64,000 bases of DNA from an uncultured Chlamydiae bacterium (GTDB taxonomy: Bacteria; Chlamydiota; Chlamydiia; Chlamydiales; JAJFMA01), in assembly GCA_963713615.1 (NCBI GenBank), contig CAVQMM010000001.1, forward strand, positions 3,232,001 to 3,296,000, written 5' to 3'. The notes below the pieces were generated by a model. The model was not told the DNA's origin, did no database searches, and saw only the letters and a list, made by a program, of their open reading frames with translations. The translations under genes were made by a program, and so were the position numbers. The stretch's first letter is position 1. Each line of letters opens with the position of its first letter. Shown here in pieces: positions 40,367 to 50,561 of this stretch.

Positions 40367-41446
40367 AAAATCCCTACGAACGCCTTGCCAGACATCGTGG
40401 CCGTAGGCGATTGTCAAATCGACTTTCACCCAGGCGATTGGAAGGCTAGTATCAACGCTATCTGGAAGCTTCACCTTGTCCTTTTCGGTGCATAGGAGCA
40501 TCTCAGCGCCTCTCTGACGGCTTCTTTCGGAAAAAGCGACCAAGGCCTTGGGAGGTAAAAGGTGGTGGTCGGCGGTGGCAAGTTCATCGATAATGAGAGC
40601 ACCTTGATCTTCGACTGTGGCGCGGAATTTTTCTGGCTTGGCAATGCCGCAAAAGAGGGCAACTTTTTTGCCGCGGAGATTTTTCACAGGTTGTCCATGT
40701 AGAGTTTGAATTGCGGTCACCTGGACTTGTGTGCCGACTACCTGTGCATCGGTGTATTGGCGTAATTGGTGCTGAAGCAATGCAAAGGATTCGTCGTTTT
40801 TCACATGGTTGAGAACGACCATATGTGCTCGTTGCAGACCTTTAAGGCCTTCGCGTAGAAAACCGCGCGGAAGTAGGTAGTTCAGACCAAAAGGGTCGTT
40901 AGCATCGACTACGACAATTTCAAGATCACGTTTTAGACGTCTGTGTTGCATGCCATCATCTAGTAAGATGAGTTTGGCGCCGGCTTCGGCAGCCATATGG
41001 GCGGCTTGAATGCGATCACGTCCGACTATGACAAGGACCTTTGGTAGTCGCGATGAGATCAAAAAGGGTTCATCGCCACACTGTTCAGGGCCATAGAGAG
41101 GTCCATGACCACGACTAAGGAAAATAGGTGCTTTGCTGCGTTCAGCAGCGGAACGATATCCGCGCGACAGTACAGCCACTGGCTGATCTGAGAAGTGTTC
41201 TGCTAGTTTTAGAATGAGAGGGGTTTTGCCGGTGCCACCAGCTACAATATTGCCTACGCTGATGATGGGGATTTCTACGGTGTGGGAAGAGAAGATTCCA
41301 CGGTCATAAGCAGCATTGCGTACTGAGGTGACTAGCTGATAGGGCCAGCTTAAAGCTTGCAGAAAACCACGGGTTAGACTGGACAGTCGCCCCTGATTGT
41401 TTCCGAGCACAACATCTCGCCAGTGCTTTTCTAGCCCCTTCAGCAC
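40346..41446 (-). CDS. lpxK: Tetraacyldisaccharide 4'-kinase
   Basis: SVGNIVAGGTGKTP, LSRGY, GDEP, LDDGMQH, TEKDKVKL. Confidence 0.95.
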   Translation of the reverse strand: MLKGLEKHWRDVVLGNNQGRLSSLTRGFLQALSWPYQLVTSVRNAAYDRGIFSSHTVEIPIISVGNIVAGGTGKTPLILKLAEHFSDQPVAVLSRGYRSAAERSKAPIFLSRGHGPLYGPEQCGDEPFLISSRLPKVLVIVGRDRIQAAHMAAEAGAKLILLDDGMQHRRLKRDLEIVVVDANDPFGLNYLLPRGFLREGLKGLQRAHMVVLNHVKNDESFALLQHQLRQYTDAQVVGTQVQVTAIQTLHGQPVKNLRGKKVALFCGIAKPEKFRATVEDQGALIIDELATADHHLLPPKALVAFSERSRQRGAEMLLCTEKDKVKLPDSVDTSLPIAWVKVDLTIAYGHDVWQGVRRDFWTKGPK

Positions 41447-41453
41447 AACCAGC

Positions 41454-42053
41454 CTATGTCTTGCTTGCAGTGGCTAGCATAGGGCTTTCGAGCAAGTGCT
41501 CCGCCATTTCGATGACGATGTGAATGGCAGCCATATGAGCTTCTTGAATGCGGTCGGAGGTTTCGAGATCTGTGATAATCAGTTCTAGATCGGCAACGCC
41601 CTTCAGCTTACCGCCATTTTTTCCCAGGAAGGTTACGGTGGTAAGCCCGCGTTTTTGGGCGGTTTCGACGGCCCGAACGATGTTAGGGGAATTACCGCTC
41701 GTTGTCAGGCCCACAAAGATATCACCAGGCTTTCCAAGCGCTTCTACACCGCGTGAAAAGACTTGGTCGAAGCTTGTGTCATTCGCCGTGCAGGTGATGT
41801 GGCCTGCATCATTTAGAGCAATGGCTGGCAGCGCCGCTCGCGGTTTGCGGAAATATCCCGTCAGTTCCTCGGCGAAGTGAGCCGCATCGCAGAGGCTTCC
41901 TCCGTTGCCAGCTATAATGACTTTGTTGCCAGCCTGGAAGCATTGTGCCAATACCTCGGCAAATCGTTCGATAAAGGTGATCGCATGGGGTTCCGACAGT
42001 TGACGCACTGCATTGATGCTATCTTCAACAGAAATCAAAATCTTTTCTCGCAT
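41454..42053 (-). CDS. gmhA: Phosphoheptose isomerase
   Basis: GNGGSLCDAAHFAEE, TTSGNSPN, RIQEAH. Confidence 0.95.
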   Translation of the reverse strand: MREKILISVEDSINAVRQLSEPHAITFIERFAEVLAQCFQAGNKVIIAGNGGSLCDAAHFAEELTGYFRKPRAALPAIALNDAGHITCTANDTSFDQVFSRGVEALGKPGDIFVGLTTSGNSPNIVRAVETAQKRGLTTVTFLGKNGGKLKGVADLELIITDLETSDRIQEAHMAAIHIVIEMAEHLLESPMLATASKT

Positions 42054-42133
42054 AACCTCTTCCCCTCCGGAACTTTATAAGCTCTTCATTTGTACATCCC
42101 CATGCGATAAAGACGCAATACACAAAAAAAAGG

Positions 42134-42724
42134 TTAGCTCTTTGGAACAAGGTCACAAGCTTCAACCGGCATCCAATGCGCATCCTTTCCGTCCCATTTG
42201 ACGTTGCAGCCGATGGGGTTGGTCAGAGGGACGGAAATGGGCTTGCCAGCCAGATGCTCTTCCAACGCTCGATCTAGATCATGTACTTTAGCCTTACTAG
42301 AATCCTTGGGACTGTCAATAGCGCGTCCGCAATAGATCAACTTACGGTCTTTGTCAAAGACATAGAAATGCGGGGTTCGCAAGGCTCCATAGGCTTTGGC
42401 TATGTCTTGAGTGGCATCATACAGATAGTACCAGGGAAAATGATGTTTTTGCATGCGCTTGACCATATGCTCGAAAGAGTCTTCCTCATAGGTGTGAGGG
42501 CTATTTGAGTTAATACCCACGAAGGTGACGCCTTGCCCGGCAAAACGGTCAGCCGTCTGGCGGGTGGCTTCGTCCGAGCCGGTGACATAGGGACAGTGAT
42601 TACACGTAAAGAAGACGACTAAAACGGGTGACTTATCAAAGTCTTGAAGCGAGTGCGTTTTGCCGTCCGTACCCGCTAAGCTGAAGTTTGGAGCCTTGGC
42701 TCCTAAAGGAAGTGTAAAAACCAT
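42134..42724 (-). CDS. Thioredoxin-fold AhpC/TSA-like protein
   Basis: CNHCPY, TPHFYVFD, IGCNVKW. Confidence 0.85.
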   Translation of the reverse strand: MVFTLPLGAKAPNFSLAGTDGKTHSLQDFDKSPVLVVFFTCNHCPYVTGSDEATRQTADRFAGQGVTFVGINSNSPHTYEEDSFEHMVKRMQKHHFPWYYLYDATQDIAKAYGALRTPHFYVFDKDRKLIYCGRAIDSPKDSSKAKVHDLDRALEEHLAGKPISVPLTNPIGCNVKWDGKDAHWMPVEACDLVPKS

Positions 42725-42785
42725 GACTTGCTAGCCTCTGTAAAAAATGATGTTTATCCAATCATGCGTGATGAAGCCCTTTTTT

Positions 42786-42885
42786 AGGAATTAGGATTTA
42801 GGAGCTAGGATTTTTATCACAGAGAGCGCCGAGACGCAGAGGTAGGACTGAGAGGAAAGGAAGAGTCGATATTGCAACAGGCCAA
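42786..42885 (+). repeat. Degenerate family D arm joined to a REP-A variant fragment
   Basis: ttttatcacagagagcgccgagacgcagaggtagg followed by gtcgatattgcaacaggcca. Confidence 0.65.
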
Positions 42886-42951
42886 GCTCTCACCCCTTTC
42901 CTTCTCGCCTCGCGTGCTGTCTCCTTCCTCAGAAATGGCACTTGGGTTACA

Positions 42952-44271
42952 ATGGCCGATTTGGAAGAAAGCACGCGGAGGTTTAAGATGATGGCAACTA
43001 TAGTTTCATTAATGATTGCCGGAGCCGTGTGGTTTCTGGATATTGTCCCAGCGGCTTCGACGATACCCTGGTTGGCTGCTGGTGTCGGTGGACTGTTCTT
43101 ACTGTTACTGGTGTTGGCTAACTTGATGTATGTTCAGCCCCTCCAGTGGGCTGAAGTCAGGGCCACTCCACGGGTTGTCCTACTCATGCGAGCGGACTCT
43201 TCATTGCGCTGGTTAGGCGGTTTTTTAACGATTTTGCCCGTGATATCGTTTGCTATTGCTGCAGGTGCAATTTCAGAGCTTTGGGCGAGTACTGCGACTA
43301 TATTCTCTGCTTGGCTGGTCCTTGTGGGTTTATCAATCGATCTTCTCAGAATTTATTATACGCGTATCGGCAGCTATCTGATTCCCAGCACGGTTGTTCA
43401 GAACATCGTTGTGCGTGCGCAAGCCGATATTGCGCAAGGCCGTGACCTAGAGCTGTGCGACTGGATGGCTACTCTCACCGAAGTTGCTTTGATGTCACTC
43501 AGCCGCCAAGGGTCTTCGCTTGCTGAACGTTCCGTTAGTGGTATTTCAGCTTTATTGCAGCGCTTTCTAGAGGTTCACCGTAGGAGCCTTCAGACAGAAA
43601 CTTCCGATGCTAAGGTGCATCAGCGTGCCAGTTACGTGTTGTTCTATGGGATGGAGCGTCTTCAGCTGATCCATCATCGCGCGTTGGCGGATGATTTGGA
43701 ATCTGTGTGTAGCCACGTTGTTACTTCGCTTGGCAAGGTAGCGGTAGCTGCGGCTCACGGAGATATCTCCAAGGTCAGTTATCCAATCCACTATATGGGG
43801 TCATTGGCTTTAACGGCCTTGAGCAGTGGCCTTTCTGAAGTGCCAGTCAAGGCTAATCTGACCCTTGTTGAAGTGGGCAAACTTATCCTTACCGAAGTGG
43901 ATCTATCAAAGGCTGTCGTGCGCGATCCGATGGTCAATTTAGTGACCCAGCTAGAGGAGATTGCTAAGGCTACCTTCCGAAGGGATAAGGATAGCAATAT
44001 CAGCGTTCTGACACAGCCCTTGCGCGATCTAAAAGCGTCCTTGCAGTCACACGCTTTGGCGGACCGTTCTGATGTCAAGGCTGTGGTAGCGGCTATTGAT
44101 GCCGTATTGTCAGACTTTGATAATTTACAGTTAGTCTTGCGAACTCTTCCCACAATTCCAGATGTTCCCGTAACAGATGAAGGCCTACCTGAAATTCCAG
44201 AGTTGGCTAAAGCTGCAAGGGCCAATGCTCCGGCAGCGGCGCCGTCAGCACCAGCGGCTCCTTCGAAATAG
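42952..44271 (+). CDS. Hypothetical membrane protein
   Basis: Four N-terminal TM segments and a helical C-terminal domain; start uncertain. Confidence 0.7.
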   Translation: MADLEESTRRFKMMATIVSLMIAGAVWFLDIVPAASTIPWLAAGVGGLFLLLLVLANLMYVQPLQWAEVRATPRVVLLMRADSSLRWLGGFLTILPVISFAIAAGAISELWASTATIFSAWLVLVGLSIDLLRIYYTRIGSYLIPSTVVQNIVVRAQADIAQGRDLELCDWMATLTEVALMSLSRQGSSLAERSVSGISALLQRFLEVHRRSLQTETSDAKVHQRASYVLFYGMERLQLIHHRALADDLESVCSHVVTSLGKVAVAAAHGDISKVSYPIHYMGSLALTALSSGLSEVPVKANLTLVEVGKLILTEVDLSKAVVRDPMVNLVTQLEEIAKATFRRDKDSNISVLTQPLRDLKASLQSHALADRSDVKAVVAAIDAVLSDFDNLQLVLRTLPTIPDVPVTDEGLPEIPELAKAARANAPAAAPSAPAAPSK

Positions 44272-44860
44272 GATGCGGAATCTCCAGCTGGTAATGGTGT
44301 AGAGCTATTCGGTCCGGAAAATTCCACGAGCGACCGCCATAGCGTTCATCGCCTAGAATGGGATGGCCTATGGCTGCCAATTGGCTGCGTATTTGGTGGT
44401 AGCGTCCCGTCTCTAATTCGATGTCTAGAAGAGCCAGCGTCCCAGAAGTCGCTGCGACAACATAATGCAAACGCGCCAGCACTGCCCCAGGTGTTGCGGA
44501 GGTGGCAATATCTGAGCGATGGTCGCCGTGAGTCATATAATGTTCTAGGGTTTGCTCCGAAGTGTCTGGAACGCCAATGACGATAGCCCGGTAGTGTTTA
44601 CGTGTTTCTTTGGCGCGCATGGAGGCGTTTAGGCGCGATAATGCTTTGCTGGTTCGCGCGAACAAAACGATCCCGCTGGCCGGTTTGTCTAATCGGTGTA
44701 CGGCATGCAGGAATACATTGCCAGGTTTGGAATACTTATCTTTGAGCCATGTTTTGCAGAGGTCTTCTAGATTGGACTGCTGTGTGCCGCTGGCTTGTGT
44801 CAGCAGGCCTGCTGGCTTGTTTGCGGCTAGGATATGGTTGTCGTCGTAGAGGATGTTCAT
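44207..44860 (-). CDS. RluA family pseudouridine synthase
   Basis: NKPAGL, HRLDKPASG, TGRYHQIR, HPILGD. Confidence 0.92.
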   Translation of the reverse strand: MNILYDDNHILAANKPAGLLTQASGTQQSNLEDLCKTWLKDKYSKPGNVFLHAVHRLDKPASGIVLFARTSKALSRLNASMRAKETRKHYRAIVIGVPDTSEQTLEHYMTHGDHRSDIATSATPGAVLARLHYVVAATSGTLALLDIELETGRYHQIRSQLAAIGHPILGDERYGGRSWNFPDRIALHHYQLEIPHPISKEPLVLTAPLPEHWPLQL

Positions 44861-45681
44861 AGACCTTTCTTGCGCTGCCTTAAAACTTCATAAAGCAGCA
44901 GCGTTGTGGCCATAGCGACATTCAAAGAGTCTGCAATACCACACATCGGGATGCGCACCTGGATGTCAGCGCCTTCCATCCAGAGCTTCGATAAACCCAG
45001 CTGTTCGGTTCCCACAGCGATGGCGATCGGGCCAGTGAGATCGATGTCGGTATAGACCTTCTCAGCCTGTGGGGTGGCCGCCAGGATGCTCACACGATGG
45101 TCTCGGAGCCACTGCAAGGCCTCGACACCGCCGCACTCGATGACAGGAACGCTGAAGAGTGTTCCTACGCTAGCACGCACGACGTTGGGGTTAAAGACAT
45201 CTGTACAGCGATCGCATACCAAAAGACTATCAAGCCCTACGGCATCGCTAGAACGCAGAATAGTCCCCAAGTTTCCAGGCTTTTCAATAGCTTCGGCGAC
45301 AACCAAAAACGGCGCATGAGTCGATGAGGTGAGATTTTTAAGGTCATCAAGAGAGCGATGCTGTTGGTGAGCGATAGCTAGCAGGCCATCGGGGCGATCG
45401 CGATAGGATAATTTGCGAAAGACTTCAGGCGTACAAGACAGGACCTGAGCACCAGTGTGATGGATGCTTTCAATGAGAGCGCTTTCATTGGTGCCGAGAA
45501 ATAGCTCTGAACAGGTAAAGAGTGTTTCGATAGGCGCCGAACCTTGCTTAGCACGATACAGTTCGCGGTAGCCTTCGATCAAAAAGAGTTGTGTGGTATC
45601 GCGGTCGCGTCGGTCGCGCAAGCGTACGGCTAACTTAACTTTAGGATTTTGCAGGCTGGTGATGTCGGCGCTACTGACCAT
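44857..45681 (-). CDS. TrmH/SpoU RNA methyltransferase
   Basis: EKPGNLGTILR, GTEQLGL, IPMCGIADSLNVA; start approximate. Confidence 0.92.
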   Translation of the reverse strand: MVSSADITSLQNPKVKLAVRLRDRRDRDTTQLFLIEGYRELYRAKQGSAPIETLFTCSELFLGTNESALIESIHHTGAQVLSCTPEVFRKLSYRDRPDGLLAIAHQQHRSLDDLKNLTSSTHAPFLVVAEAIEKPGNLGTILRSSDAVGLDSLLVCDRCTDVFNPNVVRASVGTLFSVPVIECGGVEALQWLRDHRVSILAATPQAEKVYTDIDLTGPIAIAVGTEQLGLSKLWMEGADIQVRIPMCGIADSLNVAMATTLLLYEVLRQRKKGL

Positions 45682-46531
45682 TGCTCCACCGTGCATAGGT
45701 ACCACTGGGCAGGGCGGGGACGGTTGCGTCGCCCTCTAAGAGCATTTCGCCTTGTGTTAGGTGGCCACCTAAGCCTTTCATCATTTGGTCTAGCAGGTGT
45801 TTCATACACACAGGAGTGATTCCGGGTGTGTGACAAGATAGCAGCACAAACAAAGGTTTGTCGCTCAGAAGCTGGCGACAGGAATCCAATAACGGGACAA
45901 GGTGTTCTTCGATTTTGAATAATTCACCTTTGTTGCCGCGTCCGAAGGTAGGTGGATCCAGGATGATGGCGTCATAGCGGCGGTCGCGGCGTAGCTCGCG
46001 TTGTAGGAACTTGGTGACATCATCGACGATCCAGCGAATGGGTGCTTTGCCCAGGTCGTTGAGCCGGGCGTTATCTCCAGCCCAAGAGACCATTCCCTGA
46101 GAGGCATCAAGGTGACAAACATGAGCTCCAGCCTGTGCTGCTGCTAGAGTGGCTCCTCCGGAATAGGCAAAGAGGTTTAAAACCTGGATCTCGCGATTCT
46201 CTTGCGCTCTGCATTGTGTGATGCTTTTACGAATCCATTCCCACGCTGAACGTTGTTCCGGAAAGATCCCTAAGTGACCAAAGTCGGTTGTCTTCAGCCT
46301 AAAACGAATGCCAGAAACGGTGATGTCCCACGCTTCAGGGAGCGCTGACCTGTTATGCCAACGGTTATCTTCATCGCGACTGAAGAGAGCATGAGCCTGT
46401 TTCCAAGCTGATTCAGGCAGCTGGGGATGCCAGATGGCCTGGCTGGCTGGACGTACCAACACGTATGGACCGAAGCGCTCTAGCTTACGCCCATTGCCAC
46501 TATCAAGAAGTGAGTATTCTAGGTTATTCAT
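45671..46531 (-). CDS. Class I SAM-dependent methyltransferase (RlmI/RlmK-like)
   Basis: LNLFAYSGG, IILDPPTFG. Confidence 0.88.
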   Translation of the reverse strand: MNNLEYSLLDSGNGRKLERFGPYVLVRPASQAIWHPQLPESAWKQAHALFSRDEDNRWHNRSALPEAWDITVSGIRFRLKTTDFGHLGIFPEQRSAWEWIRKSITQCRAQENREIQVLNLFAYSGGATLAAAQAGAHVCHLDASQGMVSWAGDNARLNDLGKAPIRWIVDDVTKFLQRELRRDRRYDAIILDPPTFGRGNKGELFKIEEHLVPLLDSCRQLLSDKPLFVLLSCHTPGITPVCMKHLLDQMMKGLGGHLTQGEMLLEGDATVPALPSGTYARWSNGQ

Positions 46532-46604
46532 ATCGAAAACAGTATAGCTCTTTCGCCTGTAATATGGCTACTCTATACACCGCGCGTGGTCCATCTAATC
46601 CTTT

Positions 46605-46659
46605 GGCCTTGTTCACCTTTGCAGTCAGTTTTCGGTCGACTGCAAAGGTGAACAAGGCC
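46605..46659. repeat. Repeat family E, short perfect hairpin
   Basis: 22-bp arms ggccttgttcacctttgcagtc / gactgcaaaggtgaacaaggcc, 11-nt loop. Confidence 0.9.
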
Positions 46660-46794
46660 CTTTTCATGTGGTTGCTGTTGATGTGCTTTTATGCGCTTGT
46701 GCTTGTTTATAAGAGTCTTTGATTTTTATTGGAATGAATTGTTGGAAAGTGTATAAAATAGTCTATGTAAAATAAACTAACTTGAGAATTGATT

Positions 46795-48330
46795 ATGTTT
46801 AATTATTTCAGTATAGATGGCAATAGAGAAGGCAGGCAAATAATAATTGATGAACTGAAAGACAGTGCATTAAAGAATCTTTCCGTCAAATTGGATCAAA
46901 TGGTCTCTCTTTATCAAACATACTGTAAGAAGGCACTTGGCAATAAACAAGATGTGCAAATCGCGTCTATGTCGAAGCAGCAGCGGCATATTGATTGCCA
47001 CCATGCCGTAGACATACTTTGTGATGCGTTTGTAAAAAAAGTGGAAAAATTATCAGCGGAAATTTGCAAGTTTAGTTTATACAACCAAAAGTTGTTGATT
47101 AAGGAATTACTGTTAAGAGAGCCTGCTGATTTAATAAAGATCAGCACTTTGCTTCGAATCGGCCTCGATGAGGATGTTATCCAATTGCTTCGGAGAGAAT
47201 TAGAAGCCTTAGATCGTTGTGAAGCGAACGCTCAAAAAACACTTATCATCTTACAGGAATTGTTAAGTCCGGAAGAATTTTCTCAAATGTTAAACAAATT
47301 AATAAATTCCGGAGCGGAAGTTAGAGATTACATTCAGAACAATTATTTTTCAGATGCAATAACAGGGTTCACACGCCGATTTAAGTCATGTGACGTGAAA
47401 TCTCCTATGAGAGAACGACTGCTAGAACGAATTCAATCCATTTTAAATGTTGTGATGCCTAGCTTGGATAGAGATCTGATTGTGAAGCATTTTCTTGGAT
47501 GCTGCGCTTCGATTCAAAGCTATATGTGTTTGAGTGCAACACCTGATCAGTGGTCCGACATACTTTTTCCGTGGATTAAAGACCAAAGTGATTTGGCTAA
47601 TTTAGTAGGAGATATGCCTCAAACCCCGCAAAGCAAACAAAGAATTCAGGAGCTTTTCCTTGAAAGTTTGAACAGGATTAAGGACGAGCCAAACAAAACA
47701 CTACAGGAATTATTAGAGTTGACCAATCGACTCTACAGTAGTGCCAAGGATGATCAAGGAAGGGAGTGGGCAAAGAGGCTTTGGATCCAAGCATGCGAAA
47801 TCGTTATTCAGAGTGCTCAGGGGCCAGAGGATTATCGGAGGATCTTCGATCTACTGAATGTTCCTTATTGGCAAATTCAATGCTGGGTAGAACTTTTAGA
47901 GCCTCAAGATATTCTCGAACACTGCAAACAGAATGGGCTTGAGTCATACCTCAACACCTATTTTGTACTTGCTTGTCAACGCTCAGAGATCGACTTCCTG
48001 CATCTTTTTGATGAGGTGTTTCCGTTAAATGCTAATTCGGAACTGACTATCAAGATGAAGAAAAAGATTAGGGGAATGCTTACCATTCTGGTCGAACATG
48101 AGAAGGAGTTTGCTCATCTCAACGAGCCTCGGGTAGATCAAATTTTTTCACAAGTGGCCGAACGGTTATCGGTAGCGGATTATCAAAATTTTATCGGCTT
48201 GACATCGTCTTATGGATATGACTCTAGCAGTTTGGTAAATAGAAGATTATACAGAGCTGGTAGTGCTCACCAAAAAGAGCCGCTAATGGATATAGACGAT
48301 CTAATACTAAATCGATACGGTTGGAATTAG
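46795..48330 (+). CDS. Hypothetical helical protein, AT-rich gene
   Basis: ~511-aa ORF; no recognised motif. Confidence 0.7.
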   Translation: MFNYFSIDGNREGRQIIIDELKDSALKNLSVKLDQMVSLYQTYCKKALGNKQDVQIASMSKQQRHIDCHHAVDILCDAFVKKVEKLSAEICKFSLYNQKLLIKELLLREPADLIKISTLLRIGLDEDVIQLLRRELEALDRCEANAQKTLIILQELLSPEEFSQMLNKLINSGAEVRDYIQNNYFSDAITGFTRRFKSCDVKSPMRERLLERIQSILNVVMPSLDRDLIVKHFLGCCASIQSYMCLSATPDQWSDILFPWIKDQSDLANLVGDMPQTPQSKQRIQELFLESLNRIKDEPNKTLQELLELTNRLYSSAKDDQGREWAKRLWIQACEIVIQSAQGPEDYRRIFDLLNVPYWQIQCWVELLEPQDILEHCKQNGLESYLNTYFVLACQRSEIDFLHLFDEVFPLNANSELTIKMKKKIRGMLTILVEHEKEFAHLNEPRVDQIFSQVAERLSVADYQNFIGLTSSYGYDSSSLVNRRLYRAGSAHQKEPLMDIDDLILNRYGWN

Positions 48331-48354
48331 TTCTGTTCCTCCGATAAGCTTGAA

Positions 48355-49202
48355 TTGGATGGACTAAAGGACGAAAAGGACTTATAGAATAATGTCCGCT
48401 GAGTCCTTTAGAGGTAATTGCAGGAGTCCGATTTCCGAAGTCAATTTCCTGAAAATCGGATGCCGGTGAAGAGAGAGTCATTCCCTTCCCAGGCCCGAAG
48501 GGTCGATATTGCAACAGGCCATGGCATCGCCACATAGGCCTCAACCTAACAGGTCTTTTGAGCTTATATCTCAATGACTTAGGACTTCACAATCGTATCT
48601 CGGCGCGCAGCGCTTTGGAGTGCGGTCGCTTGCGACCGCTTTTCGTTCCTTGGGACGGCAATGCTAAACGGCATTGTATGGATTCGTCGAAGGCTGCATG
48701 TACTAACTATTTTACCCTTAGGGAATTATAGTGATGCCGTTGCACACGACCGTCGCAAGGAACCCAAAGCGGTCGCAAGCGACCGCACTCCAAAGCGCTG
48801 CGCGCCGAGATACGATTGTTAGGCTTAGGTTGAGGCCTATGTGGCATCGCCATGGTATATGCCAAAACGGTTTTAACAGCCTGTAGGGCTGCCATAAAGC
48901 GCATGCATAAATGGTGTTTGTAAACTGGCGTCTTGTAGCAGTCCTTCAGACTGCGAAATCCCTTCCTGGCATATACCATGGCGATGCCATGGCCTGTTGC
49001 AATATCGACCCTTCGGGCCTGGGAGGGGAGAAAAGCCTGTCTTTCCAGACTGGATAGTGCCATACCACTTAAGCTCTCTAGAATCGCCTTCTCACAAAAA
49101 AAGGTAACCTTTTTTCCCGAGAATCGACTCTCAGGGGCTCAAATAATTTTGCAATTACCTCTTTATGTCCTTTTCGTCGCTTTGGTCCTTTAGTCCATCC
49201 AA
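48355..49202. mobile_element. Nested composite palindromic element, copy 2 (with extra 137-bp REP-A insert)
   Basis: Outer 18-bp IR ttggatggactaaaggac (48355-48372 / 49185-49202); 13-bp IR agaggtaattgca (48410 / 49150-49162); inner REP-A variant and REP-B pairs. Confidence 0.88.
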
Positions 49203-49251
49203 GAGAGACCATACACCAAAGCTTCACAAGAACCCAATTTTCATCTCTATC

Positions 49252-50484
49252 CTACAAGTAGTTCACGGCTAGCCAAAGGCGGCAAAGCGCAGCATTGACA
49301 CTAGATTCGATGATATTCGCTCGAGTTCCACGTGAGCGAAGTTTCCACGTCACAACTACGCCGTAACGATTTCCTATAGCTATCCAGACGGTTCCTACGG
49401 GTTTTTGAAGGCTTCCTCCCTTGGGGCCTGCAATGCCTGTTATTGCTAAGCTGTAGTCGCTGCCGGTGGCTTCTAGAGCCCCTTTAACCATTTCGATGGC
49501 TACATCTTCACTGACAGCTCCATGCTGAAGAAGAGTGTCTTCATGGACTCCTAAGAGCTTTCTCTTGAGGTCATTGGAATAGCTCACAACCGATCCGCGA
49601 AAATACTCCGAAGCTCCTGCTAGCGATGTCAAGCGTGCTGCGACAGCTCCGCCAGTACACGATTCAGCAGTGCCTAGGGTCAGCTTACGCTCAATAAACA
49701 GCTGATGAATGGCTTCTTCAATACGCTCTGTAGATGCCGGAATAGCGCAGTCGTGGAAGCGCTCGACAATCGTTCGCTTGGTCCTGGCCATGACCTCTGT
49801 AGCCTCGCCATTAGACTCCAATGCCGAAAGAATCACCGTAAGCACTCCGGGGCGAGGGTAGATTCCTACGGCTACATCGGGATTGCTTTTGACGACTTCT
49901 CGTAGGAATGGATCAACTTCTTCTTCACGGACACCTGTGAGGAGGACATGGTCCTTGCGATACATCGCCTTTTGAGGCAGGCGATCTTCCAGGTAGGGTT
50001 TCACAGAGGTCTGAAAAATGGCCTGCATCTCAATAGGGATGCCTGGTAGTAAGACGAGAGTGACTGTATTGGCTTCAAATAGCAACGCTGGGGCTGTTCC
50101 AACATCGTTGGGGATAACTTTGGCTTTGGATGGTACGGTGGCCTGGTTTTGCAATGTCGCCAAGTCATTTCCATAACGTTCTCGCAAGCTCGCTGCTATT
50201 CCATCATCGAAGCGAAACCCTGAGTTAAAAATCTCCGCTACCACTTGTCGCGTATTGTCATCTAGGGTGGGGCCCAGACCGCCAGTCGCAATGACTAGGG
50301 TATTTTCTTGCAAGATGCGTGTTAAACGACGCCGCAAGGCCTTTGGTTCGTCAGGAAGAGTGTGAGAGGCGCGAACAGTAAGGCCGAGATTGCCTAGTTC
50401 TCTACAGAGATAGGCGGCATTGGTGTTGACAACTAGGCCGCTCAATAACTCATCGCCAATGGTGACAATTTCTACACTGTCCAT
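49252..50484 (-). CDS. cinA: CinA family protein (molybdopterin-binding domain plus NMN deamidase)
   Basis: IGDELLSG, GGLGPTLDD, AESCTGG, ITGIAGP. Confidence 0.93.
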   Translation of the reverse strand: MDSVEIVTIGDELLSGLVVNTNAAYLCRELGNLGLTVRASHTLPDEPKALRRRLTRILQENTLVIATGGLGPTLDDNTRQVVAEIFNSGFRFDDGIAASLRERYGNDLATLQNQATVPSKAKVIPNDVGTAPALLFEANTVTLVLLPGIPIEMQAIFQTSVKPYLEDRLPQKAMYRKDHVLLTGVREEEVDPFLREVVKSNPDVAVGIYPRPGVLTVILSALESNGEATEVMARTKRTIVERFHDCAIPASTERIEEAIHQLFIERKLTLGTAESCTGGAVAARLTSLAGASEYFRGSVVSYSNDLKRKLLGVHEDTLLQHGAVSEDVAIEMVKGALEATGSDYSLAITGIAGPKGGSLQKPVGTVWIAIGNRYGVVVTWKLRSRGTRANIIESSVNAALCRLWLAVNYL

Positions 50485-50561
50485 GATTGTTCCTTAATAT
50501 TTTTTTGCATATAGTAACATGCCGGGACAAAAATTTAAAAGATAGCGGAGAGGTTATAGCT

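Noticed and set aside
39737..49162. Composite transposon or diversity-generating retroelement formed by the two ~600-bp copies
   Set aside because: The enclosed genes are core functions (lpxK, gmhA, RNA modification). There is no reverse transcriptase, and differences between the copies are not adenine-specific.
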